IMG/VR virus record: IMGVR_UViG_3300025137_000047
Location: 1 to 55,268 of that record
Length of the DNA: 55,268 nt
Strand: one strand, 5' to 3'
From: a virus
Taxonomy: Duplodnaviria > Caudoviricetes
A model generated the notes under the pieces. It searched no databases, was not told where the DNA came from, and saw nothing but the letters and a program-made list of their open reading frames with translations. A program made the position numbers and the translations under genes. Positions 46,885 to 55,268 of this stretch are shown one piece after another. Within the stretch, counting starts at the first letter, position 1. Each line of letters opens with the position of its first letter.

Positions 46885-49548
46885 TCGACATAATACATCA
46901 TATACAACTCCATCACCACATTTTAACTGAATATTTGTAGATGAAGTATTAGTTGATCCTGGTGTAAGTGCGGTAATATTACTTGTATTGACTGTTGCCG
47001 TAAGATTATCAAATATAAGATTTCCACCCTTAATCCTTAAACTGTCTGCACCACCGGAAATGGTCTCTAATCCCTCTTCTGTTGGATTGAATGGTGGTGA
47101 AGTATCTGTTGGGGGGCAGCAGAGTGATTTGTCTTCAGTAGAACTAGTAGCAGTGAAATTGGAACCAGCAACAATATTTTTTTGTGCTACTGAGGAGAGT
47201 GTAATTGTATTTCCAGAAACTGATGTAATTGTGGTATTATCAGCAAATGGGAATCCTTGAATTGTTGTATTTGTTAAGTTATTGGTATCAGAAACTGTAA
47301 GTACATTAGAACCTGCAACTGCTGCTTCCGTAACAAGCACACATCTAGTTTCATTTGCTGGACAGAATGCAGCCAGTGCTGTATCAATCAGACCTCTAGA
47401 TTCGTAAAAATAAACCCTTCTAGTAGAAAAACTATTTACACTATTATTTCGTGTAAGTCTCCAAGCTATACCTGCAGGATTCTGATTCCAATTATCGAAT
47501 CCCGGCAACGATGTATTACTAATACTAGCAACTATTGTATGAGTTCCGGCAGTAACATTTGATATAGTAGTTGTTTGACTTGTTTGATATGGTCTATAAC
47601 TTGGTGTTGCTTGTGGTATTGTGGCAACAGTAGTACCATCAAAAGTTATAGTTCCAACATCGTCTCCAGAATGTTCTAAAGTGTAATCACCAGGAGATTT
47701 AATATTCAATGTATATGTTGTTGAATATGTTTGTCCTGTTGTTTCGACATTTCCTGGTTCATACCATACACCATAAGTTCTCAAAAATGTTCCCCATTCA
47801 GTTCCCTGTGTTGCATTAGAAAATACTGAATCTGAAAGAGTGAAATTATTACTATTGGGTCCTCTTGAATCAAATGTTTCGGCAGGAGTAATAAGTACTT
47901 GACTGGATGAACCAGTAGTAGTAATTCCGGTATATGCTTCAGAATTATTCCAAATTGCAATTTGCTTACTCTTTAATCCAACAGTATTTCCAGAAGTAAT
48001 GGTCATAGTTCCACTACTACTACTTGCTGTGACTCTTTTCACAAAACCACGATGATCTACAAATCTAAGTCTAACACCAGAACCAGAACCTGTTGTTACG
48101 GTATCAATTACGATGAATGAATTGGTAATAATCTGAACAACACGAACTGGTGTGTTTGCGTTACCTGTTAATCCAGTCGTTGCAGCAAATACATAGTTAC
48201 CAACTTCAACGTTTGTTGTATCACCTATTGATAAAATTTTAGTGCCTGCACTCCAAGATACACTTTCCACTGTTTTTCTTTCAATTTGAGATAATGATTC
48301 TTTAGGTATATACTTAATATCAACTTTTTTGTTTGTTAATACTTTTACATAGTCTGTTGAAGTCAATCCACCGATTCTTTCCCCACCATCTTCTTTATTA
48401 CCACCAAGCAGTATAGATTCCTCTAAAAACTTATTAATATTACCTTTTACTACTTCACTAAAATCATAATCTAAAGAATAAAGATTATTATAGCGTAGGG
48501 GTATTCCGTTTGATCCCGGTTGGGTGAATCCGAAATTAATTGATCTAAGAACTCCTCTAAGACTTGTTGTATCAGGAGGCGCAAAAACTCTAAATCTGAC
48601 TCTATATTTTCTAGACCTTTCCAGTATATACGTTGAATAACTTATAGTTGAACCTTCTCCTAGAGTTCTTCCAAATGATACATTAGTAGTCCCTGATGTA
48701 TTAATAGAATTACCATCTGCATTTTCAAGTGTAATCGCACCTGTAGATCTACTAACATCAGTTACCTTGGATCCTAATACGATTCTATTATTTGATGATG
48801 CAGTCACTGTCATGCCAGTTCCAACATTAACTACGTTTGCAACTGGAATTGTAACTGTATTACTTCCTGAAGTAGTACTGCCAGAAATTGTTGTGGTTAA
48901 ACCAATTCTAGCATATTCAGTGTATGTGCCGACACCAGAAGTATATCCTTCTGTTTCAAAATCAATAGTGAATGCTAAAGTGCTGCTTACATTAAAACTA
49001 TATACACCGGTTCGTGTTGGAACGAAGAAACCTTCCCATTGCACTCCACCAGCAGCACTTACTGATTGTGGGTGAATTTTTCCAGTATAATCAAACTGTC
49101 CCGATTCCCAGAATGTATCACTTGGTATTGCTCCACCATTTGCAGTTGTAATTCCAGTAAAAACGTCATCTGTATCTTCAACTTCGTCTTGGTTAAAATA
49201 TTTTGCAGTAAGACCATTACCACCATTTAATCTTGGTTCTCCAGAAGTAACCCTAAAGGTATCTAAACGGTTCTGATATGTAATTGCAGGAGTAATAGCA
49301 TTAATACTACCATCGGGACTAGTTTGTTTTACCGAACTTCCAATGAAACTTTGATATTCACCAGCAGTTAATCCAGTCGTAAAGATGGTGCGGAGTGGTT
49401 CTATGTCTTCTGATATGAAAGTACCATCAGTAGTATCTACAAGGGTATCTAAAAGATTATTCAACGCTTGCTTACTATCTGAAAGATCTCCGAAGTTCTT
49501 ATCTCTCCTCAGACCAGTTCTCTTATAGATTTTTCTTGAAGATGCCAT
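46882..49548 (-). CDS. PA14-domain virion protein
   Basis: GNGLTAKYF..GVQWEGFFVPTRTGVYSF; second PA14-like region GDYTLEHSGDDVGTITFDG. Confidence 0.8.
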   Translation of the reverse strand: MASSRKIYKRTGLRRDKNFGDLSDSKQALNNLLDTLVDTTDGTFISEDIEPLRTIFTTGLTAGEYQSFIGSSVKQTSPDGSINAITPAITYQNRLDTFRVTSGEPRLNGGNGLTAKYFNQDEVEDTDDVFTGITTANGGAIPSDTFWESGQFDYTGKIHPQSVSAAGGVQWEGFFVPTRTGVYSFNVSSTLAFTIDFETEGYTSGVGTYTEYARIGLTTTISGSTTSGSNTVTIPVANVVNVGTGMTVTASSNNRIVLGSKVTDVSRSTGAITLENADGNSINTSGTTNVSFGRTLGEGSTISYSTYILERSRKYRVRFRVFAPPDTTSLRGVLRSINFGFTQPGSNGIPLRYNNLYSLDYDFSEVVKGNINKFLEESILLGGNKEDGGERIGGLTSTDYVKVLTNKKVDIKYIPKESLSQIERKTVESVSWSAGTKILSIGDTTNVEVGNYVFAATTGLTGNANTPVRVVQIITNSFIVIDTVTTGSGSGVRLRFVDHRGFVKRVTASSSSGTMTITSGNTVGLKSKQIAIWNNSEAYTGITTTGSSSQVLITPAETFDSRGPNSNNFTLSDSVFSNATQGTEWGTFLRTYGVWYEPGNVETTGQTYSTTYTLNIKSPGDYTLEHSGDDVGTITFDGTTVATIPQATPSYRPYQTSQTTTISNVTAGTHTIVASISNTSLPGFDNWNQNPAGIAWRLTRNNSVNSFSTRRVYFYESRGLIDTALAAFCPANETRCVLVTEAAVAGSNVLTVSDTNNLTNTTIQGFPFADNTTITSVSGNTITLSSVAQKNIVAGSNFTATSSTEDKSLCCPPTDTSPPFNPTEEGLETISGGADSLRIKGGNLIFDNLTATVNTSNITALTPGSTNTSSTNIQLKCGDGVVYDVLCR

Positions 49549-49564
49549 CTTTGACTTTTTCTAG

Positions 49565-49584
49565 TATTTAGTGTAAAATAAATA
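49565..49584. promoter_or_regulatory. Back-to-back divergent late promoters
   Basis: CTAAATA on - (49565-49571) and ATAAATA on + (49578-49584). Confidence 0.7.
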
Positions 49585-49608
49585 AGTCACCTACACTATT
49601 TAAGATTT

Positions 49609-49779
49609 ATGGACCCAGATAAGATGCTCGAAGAACTACAAACAAAAGAAACAGAGATCAGAGCAGAATTAATTGACCTAGAAAAACAGTTCAATGTAAA
49701 GAAAGAACAATACCTCAAAATCCAAGGTGCATTAGAAGCATTATCACTGGTTGGAGATAACAACCAAGAAGAAGGATAA
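49609..49779 (+). CDS. 56-aa coiled-coil protein (MDPDKMLEEL...KIQGALEAL)
   Basis: Translated by hand; lies between a late promoter and a terminator-like palindrome. Confidence 0.75.
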   Translation: MDPDKMLEELQTKETEIRAELIDLEKQFNVKKEQYLKIQGALEALSLVGDNNQEEG

Positions 49780-49781
49780 AT

Positions 49782-49811
49782 AAAAGGAGACTTATATAAG
49801 TCTCCTTTTTT
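49782..49811 (+). terminator. Terminator-like perfect 28-bp palindrome
   Basis: AAAAGGAGACTTAT/ATAAGTCTCCTTTT followed by TT. Confidence 0.75.
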
Positions 49812-49832
49812 GGTATATACCGAGACGAATAA

Positions 49833-51707
49833 ATGGCAACACCTTTTAGGTTAAAGAGGTCTTCTGTAACTGGGAAACGTCCCGAAGTTTTACAGAAAGG
49901 CGAATTAGCAATCAATTTTTTTGATGGTCACCTGTTTGCAGAAAGAGATACAGGTGGAGTTGGAATTGGAACCACCATCACGCTTTTAACTCCTTGGAAG
50001 GAGTCATTTGGTGGGGGAGCAATACAATATGTGGGAGTTGTAACAGCAACTAATTTTCATGGAGAAGGTGGTAATTTAACTCTCGGTACTCCAACGTCTG
50101 GTAGTTTTAGAGGAGGAGCATATACACCAGCAGCAAGTCATAAAATTGATGACTCGGTAGACGAACTTAACTATATTTTAGGAAAACTTGTTCCAGCACA
50201 ACCAGATAATATTGGTGGTGTTTCATTATCTTTGACTGGAACAGCAGGAAACGGCAGACTTTGTGCTGGATTCACACCAACTAATAATAGTGGTGCTTCT
50301 GCTCCAGTAGCAGGAACTCAATATACGAGAAATACTGATAGCACGATTACAACTAATTACATCACTCAATACGGTCCTGGTGACTCTGGAACAGTTACCG
50401 GTTTCGTTAATGCAGTTGGAGTCGGAACAACAACACTCAATATCTCATTCGGACTTTATGCAGTCAAGTCTGATAATGGAACATACGATGCATTGCAAAT
50501 TGCAAATGATAAGGATGCAGCAGATTCTTCAAGAAATGTTGGAATTTCTTCACTATTCTATGAAGTCTATGATGCAAGACTCATTAATGCTGCATCACCT
50601 GATGGATATAATAAAGCACATATTAATCAAGGGTCGAACAATACAGCAAATGTCTTCTGGTATGAAGATCCAAGCACGGTTGCAGCACCAGTAATTTCAT
50701 TCAGTGGAGTCACTGCACCTAGTAGTCCAACTCTTAGTTATTCATCTGGTGTCGCACATTACACACAAGCAGCAGCAAATAACTTTACCTATACAATGAC
50801 GGTCACCAATGCGACTGGTGATATGTATAGTGATCATACTTTTGTAACATCAGACGGTCAAACATCTGGTTTTGCAAATCCTGGAAACAAGACATACACC
50901 AACTTCGGTGGAGCAAACCCACCAGTCAGAAACTTTGGTGTTGGAAGTGGTGTTGACTGTGTAATCACAAATACAGTTAGAGATTTACACCTCACACTCA
51001 CATCTGATCACTTCTCAAGATACGATTCCTCTACTCCTTATGGTTCACATAACAACCAAAGAATAAGTTATAGCACAAATCTCAATATCATGGGCACCAC
51101 TGCCCGAACCGATAAGATTGATGAAGATAATATTTTAATTACTTCACTCGGTACTGGGTCTGGTAATGCCGATAGGGTCAATGCAGGAGCGACTGGAGAC
51201 AACCCAACTGCAATCTACACTGCCTGGAACGCAAACTCTGCTGTTGCCGCATATGAAGCGGTTGTGAGAGGAGCAGTGTTAAGACATGATCAAACCAATT
51301 ATTCAACTGGTTATCTTCCTGCTGGTCCTAATTATTCCTCTGGTAGAAGTGGAGCACAATATTTTCAGATGGAACTGATTCGTTCTAATGTTTCTGAGTT
51401 TAATATTGCAGTGACTGGTTCTTATGGCGGATGTTGGATCTGCTTACCTGATAATTCAGCATGGACTTCATCATTATCAGGTACAAATGGTTGGGCGAGT
51501 ATGTTCGCAGCATATCGTGGGTCTGGTGTTCCAACATCAGCAGAACCTGGATGTGCCTCTGGTGGAAATATGAGTGGTTCTAGCGGAACATTTACTTCTG
51601 TATTCGGAACTGAATCATCGTCAAACGATAGCAACAATAGAATTCTAATCAGATGGCGATTAGACAATGGTGATTCTATCACCGCTATGTCATTCTCCGC
51701 AACTTAA
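49833..51707 (+). CDS. Tail fibre-like structural protein
   Basis: N-terminal RLKRSSVTGKRP..GELAINFFDG fibre motif; Gly/Ser/Thr-rich. Confidence 0.75.
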   Translation: MATPFRLKRSSVTGKRPEVLQKGELAINFFDGHLFAERDTGGVGIGTTITLLTPWKESFGGGAIQYVGVVTATNFHGEGGNLTLGTPTSGSFRGGAYTPAASHKIDDSVDELNYILGKLVPAQPDNIGGVSLSLTGTAGNGRLCAGFTPTNNSGASAPVAGTQYTRNTDSTITTNYITQYGPGDSGTVTGFVNAVGVGTTTLNISFGLYAVKSDNGTYDALQIANDKDAADSSRNVGISSLFYEVYDARLINAASPDGYNKAHINQGSNNTANVFWYEDPSTVAAPVISFSGVTAPSSPTLSYSSGVAHYTQAAANNFTYTMTVTNATGDMYSDHTFVTSDGQTSGFANPGNKTYTNFGGANPPVRNFGVGSGVDCVITNTVRDLHLTLTSDHFSRYDSSTPYGSHNNQRISYSTNLNIMGTTARTDKIDEDNILITSLGTGSGNADRVNAGATGDNPTAIYTAWNANSAVAAYEAVVRGAVLRHDQTNYSTGYLPAGPNYSSGRSGAQYFQMELIRSNVSEFNIAVTGSYGGCWICLPDNSAWTSSLSGTNGWASMFAAYRGSGVPTSAEPGCASGGNMSGSSGTFTSVFGTESSSNDSNNRILIRWRLDNGDSITAMSFSAT

Positions 51708-51724
51708 TAAGAGAGGTATAAACA

Positions 51725-54424
51725 GTGGCAGCATCACAAGAACAAAAGGTAGACTTTCTCTTAAAGAAAATTGGATACGTAGCATCCAAGACTGGTATTG
51801 CGGAAGATGAAAGTAGTCTCACAGGCACCAAAAAGGCACCATTCGGTGAAGCAATTCCTTCACCATTGGTTGTTCCCGCAACGAACATATGGTCAGATAG
51901 TTCTCTGATTCCAGCAACACCACCTGGTTCAACAGGTGCTACTGTTCAGGTATATCTGGCAGGAACTTCTGGTCATAGAATGACTGCTGATAGTACGATT
52001 TCTGGTAACAGAACGTTCATAGCATATTCAACGTATAACAATACATCAACTGCAATCCTTGGAAATTGGATTGACACATCCTTCGGTGCAGATTATATTG
52101 TCAAAGTATATAAAGGAGATCCAAATTCTGGTGGTGTTCAATTATCTGCTGCTGGTTCTGGTTCCAATGATACTTGGTTCTTTGATTATTCTTCTGGTGT
52201 TCTGAACTTTAATGGAACTTCTGTTCCTTCTGGTGTTACTTCAAGCAATATCTACATTGTTGGATACAGATATGTTGGCGGAACTGGTGTTTCTCCGGTT
52301 GCTGGTTTTGGAACATTCTCCTCATTGAATGTATCTGGTATTTCCACATTTGCTGGTCTTTTAGATGCTAATGGTGGTGTTACTGCTAATACTTTAATCG
52401 TAGAAGATCTCACCAATAACCGTGTTGTTATTGCCGGTGCTGGTGGAGAACTTGAAGACAGTGCAAATCTTACCTTTGATGGTACTACATTAACAGTTGT
52501 TGGAGTAGCGACTGTAGGTAATGTAAAAATCGATGCTAATGAGGTCCATACAACTTCAGGTAACCTAACACTTGATTCTGCTGGTGGTACTGTTACTATT
52601 GATGATGATTTAAGGGTTGTTGGTCTTCTGACTGCGGCAAATGCATATATTGTTGGAAACCTTACAGTTGAAGGGACGACCACAACCTTAAATACTAATC
52701 TGACTGAGGTTGATAAACTAGAAGTAGGTGCGAATAATACAACTGTTGGTGTTGCTATCACACAGAGTGGTACAGGAGATATTCTGAACCTGTATGATGG
52801 TTCTACTGAGGTATTCAGTGTACAAGATGGCGGAAGAATTGTTGCGACAGCAACTAATAATGTAATCCCCTTCCTTTATGCTAATTACTCCAATCTTCCA
52901 TCGGCATCAACCTATCATGGTGCATTTGCTCATGTTCATTCAACTGGGTCTGCATACTATGCTCACGCTGGTGCCTGGTATGAATTAATAAGAAGAGAAT
53001 CTACCGGAGTTGTAGGAACAGGAACTGAAAGATATAATATTGGTTTCATTGATTCAACTAACCTAGATATCTCTGGTGTATCTACATTTGCGGGTCTTAC
53101 TGATTTCAATGGAAACATCGATGTTGATGGTTATACCGAACTTGATGATTTAAATGTTGCTGGTGTTTCTACCTTCGCAGGTCTTGCTGATTTCAATGGG
53201 AATATTGATGTAAATGGTTACACTGAACTTGATGACTTAAATGTCACAGGAGTCTCTACCTTTGCTGGACTGGTTGATATCAATGCTGGTGGTCAAGCAA
53301 ACACATTCAAGGTTGAGGATTTAACTTCTGGACGTGTTGTTCTTGCTGGAACTGGTGGTGAATTAGAAGATAGTGGAAATCTATTATTTGATGGGACTAC
53401 TCTCACTGTAAGTGGAGTTACTATTAGTGCCGGTGGAACAGCTACATCAATGGGCGCAGACATTGTAACTCGTCATTTTAAAGCAACTGGTATTTCTACA
53501 TTTGTAGGTAATATTGATGCTAATGGTAACTTAGATGTAGATGGTCAAACAGATCTTGATGTTTTAAACGTAGCAGAATTAGCAACTTTCTCTGGTAATA
53601 TTGATGCTAATGGTAACTTAGATGTAGATGGTCAAACAGATCTTGACGTTCTTAATGTTGCTGAAGCTGCTACGTTTAGTAACACCGTATATCTTAATGG
53701 AACTGTAAGTGCTGCAAGTTCTACTGGTGCTGCTGGTCAGGTTCTACAATCAACCGGTATTGGTGTTACTTGGGTATCTACTCCAGCAACTAGAACAAGT
53801 CAAATATTCACTGCGGCAGAAGATCAAACTACGTTTAGTTTCAATTATACTGTTGGTCTCCTTGACGTATTCTATAATGGTGTTAAACTTGCATCTACTG
53901 AATTCACAGCAAGTAATGGAACAAGTATAGTTCTTGCCGATGTTACATACGCAGGAGACCTTGTTGAATTCATAAGTTATAATAGTATTACTGCTGGTAG
54001 CGGTGGTGGTGGTGGTGGTGGAGCATCATCACTCAATGATCTTTCAAATGTAACTATCACAGGTACTCCTGCTCTTGGAGAAATCCTACAGCATAATGGA
54101 ACAAAATTTGTTAATGACTTTACTACATCACAGACGACTACTGCAACAACGCAGTTTGCTCTGTTGAGTCTTGACCTTTCAGTATATCGTTCTGTTGAGT
54201 ATCAGATTCAGGTTACAGAGGGTTCCAAGTATCATACGACAAAGATTCTTGCAATTCATAATGGAACTGCTGCGGTTTCTAATGAGTATGGTACATTAAA
54301 TATCGGTGCATCAACTGCAACATTTGATGTAGATATTAATGGTAGTAACCTAAGATTGTTAGCAACACCAGCAAGTTCTAACTCCACAGTATTCAAAGTT
54401 AAGTTTACAGGCATCAAGGTCTGA
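51725..54424 (+). CDS. Tail fibre protein with repeats
   Basis: GTG start with GAGG SD; GVSTF repeats; 29-aa tandem repeats; YRSVEYQIQ C-terminal domain. Confidence 0.85.
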   Translation: MAASQEQKVDFLLKKIGYVASKTGIAEDESSLTGTKKAPFGEAIPSPLVVPATNIWSDSSLIPATPPGSTGATVQVYLAGTSGHRMTADSTISGNRTFIAYSTYNNTSTAILGNWIDTSFGADYIVKVYKGDPNSGGVQLSAAGSGSNDTWFFDYSSGVLNFNGTSVPSGVTSSNIYIVGYRYVGGTGVSPVAGFGTFSSLNVSGISTFAGLLDANGGVTANTLIVEDLTNNRVVIAGAGGELEDSANLTFDGTTLTVVGVATVGNVKIDANEVHTTSGNLTLDSAGGTVTIDDDLRVVGLLTAANAYIVGNLTVEGTTTTLNTNLTEVDKLEVGANNTTVGVAITQSGTGDILNLYDGSTEVFSVQDGGRIVATATNNVIPFLYANYSNLPSASTYHGAFAHVHSTGSAYYAHAGAWYELIRRESTGVVGTGTERYNIGFIDSTNLDISGVSTFAGLTDFNGNIDVDGYTELDDLNVAGVSTFAGLADFNGNIDVNGYTELDDLNVTGVSTFAGLVDINAGGQANTFKVEDLTSGRVVLAGTGGELEDSGNLLFDGTTLTVSGVTISAGGTATSMGADIVTRHFKATGISTFVGNIDANGNLDVDGQTDLDVLNVAELATFSGNIDANGNLDVDGQTDLDVLNVAEAATFSNTVYLNGTVSAASSTGAAGQVLQSTGIGVTWVSTPATRTSQIFTAAEDQTTFSFNYTVGLLDVFYNGVKLASTEFTASNGTSIVLADVTYAGDLVEFISYNSITAGSGGGGGGGASSLNDLSNVTITGTPALGEILQHNGTKFVNDFTTSQTTTATTQFALLSLDLSVYRSVEYQIQVTEGSKYHTTKILAIHNGTAAVSNEYGTLNIGASTATFDVDINGSNLRLLATPASSNSTVFKVKFTGIKV
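53072..53680 (+). repeat. 87-nt (29-aa) tandem coding repeats
   Basis: GVSTFAGLxDFNGNIDVxGYTELDDLNV x2+ and GNIDANGNLDVDGQTDLDVLNVAExATFS x2; 53 identical nt at 53507-53559 and 53594-53646. Confidence 0.9.
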
Positions 54425-54457
54425 TAAATACCTAAAACCCTAGGGGATAGTGAACCT

Positions 54458-55268
54458 GTGGCAAATCAGAATTTTAAGGTCAAAAAGGGTCTTGAGGTAG
54501 GAACTGGCGTAACTATTTCAGACGGTAATATTAATATTAGTGGAATTATTACTGCTCAATTTAAAGGTGATGGTTCAGCATTAACTGGTGTTACTGCTGC
54601 GGGTTCCGGTGTTGTTGTTCAAGAAGAAGGAAGTAATATTGGAACAGCATCAACCATCAACTTTATTGGTTCTAATGTAACTGCTGCTTTGAGTGGTGGT
54701 ATTGCAAATGTTACTGTTAGTGGTGGATCTGATGGTCTTTCTAATGTTGTAGAAGACACCACACCACAACTTGGTGGTAATTTAGATCTTAATAGTAAAG
54801 ATATTACGGGGGCGGGAAATATTTCAATCACTGGTGGATTCAACGCCACAGGTGTATCTACATTTCAAGAAAATGTTGTATTCCAAACTTCTGCTTCTTT
54901 TGGTGATAATGATAAGATTAATGTAGGTACTGGTAATGACTTACAAATCTTCCACGATGGAACAAGTAATATAATTAGTGATGCTGTAGGTGTTGGTATT
55001 AGTCTTGTTGGTAACACTAAAGTAGTTGGAGTTCTTACTGCTACTGGTGTAAGCATCACTGATAATCTGAATGTTGCTGGTGTCTCTACATTCCAGAATA
55101 ACGTTCATCTTTTAGATGATGATGAACTACGTCTTGGTAATGGTAATGATTTAAGAATATATCACGCTGGTTTTAATAGAATTATAAGTACGGGGGTATT
55201 AACTATTGATTCAGATGATGATATTAACTTAGACATTGGCACAGACGTTGGCGATACTGTAAACATTA
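54458..55268 (+). CDS. Tail fibre protein, 5' part (runs off the window)
   Basis: GTG start: MANQNFKVKKGLEVG..FKGDGSALTG..EDTTPQLGGNLDLNS..GVSTF..NDLQIFHDG; ATAAATA at 54424. Confidence 0.85.
   Translation, partial: MANQNFKVKKGLEVGTGVTISDGNINISGIITAQFKGDGSALTGVTAAGSGVVVQEEGSNIGTASTINFIGSNVTAALSGGIANVTVSGGSDGLSNVVEDTTPQLGGNLDLNSKDITGAGNISITGGFNATGVSTFQENVVFQTSASFGDNDKINVGTGNDLQIFHDGTSNIISDAVGVGISLVGNTKVVGVLTATGVSITDNLNVAGVSTFQNNVHLLDDDELRLGNGNDLRIYHAGFNRIISTGVLTIDSDDDINLDIGTDVGDTVNI

Noticed and set aside
46820-49600. Invertase-driven fibre switching
   Set aside because: No recombinase gene and no matching inverted repeats found at both ends of the gene
53072-53680. Diversity-generating retroelement TR/VR pair
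   Set aside because: Repeats are tandem, in-frame and differ mostly synonymously rather than at adenines; no reverse transcriptase in the window
478-55059. Numerous short antisense or alternate-frame ORFs in the ORF track (e.g. 10448-10948, 14713-15240, 21092-21619, 52252-52761)
   Set aside because: They lie within well-supported genes, lack SD or motifs, and are typical shadow ORFs

Overview
This is a 55 kb segment of a T4-like marine cyanomyovirus (Kyanoviridae-type) genome. Positions 1-9.3 kb hold auxiliary metabolic and replication genes (purM, talC, glutaredoxin, thyX, phoH, exonuclease, gp33, gp59, gp32) plus small ORFs. Positions 9.3-26 kb are the baseplate/head-completion module (gp53, gp48, gp2, gp4, tail-tube-like, gp26, gp51, two long proteins with peptidoglycan-hydrolase domains, gp27-like, CP12, gp5). 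A small island at 26-27 kb carries a sigma70 promoter, small ORFs and tRNA-Leu(UAA). Positions 27-55 kb encode very large virion/fibre-like proteins, including a paralog pair, a LamG protein, an LRR protein and a PA14 protein. The three strongest unexplained signals are: (1) a double glnA-type glutamine-riboswitch-like RNA at 3562-3812, upstream of a DUF4278 gene, whose two units share a helix and whose second unit carries a whole 54-codon ORF in its P2 loop; (2) a probable programmed -1 frameshift fusing gp26 to gp51; (3) a dispersed structured intergenic element present twice. All family assignments come from motif recognition by eye, not database searches.
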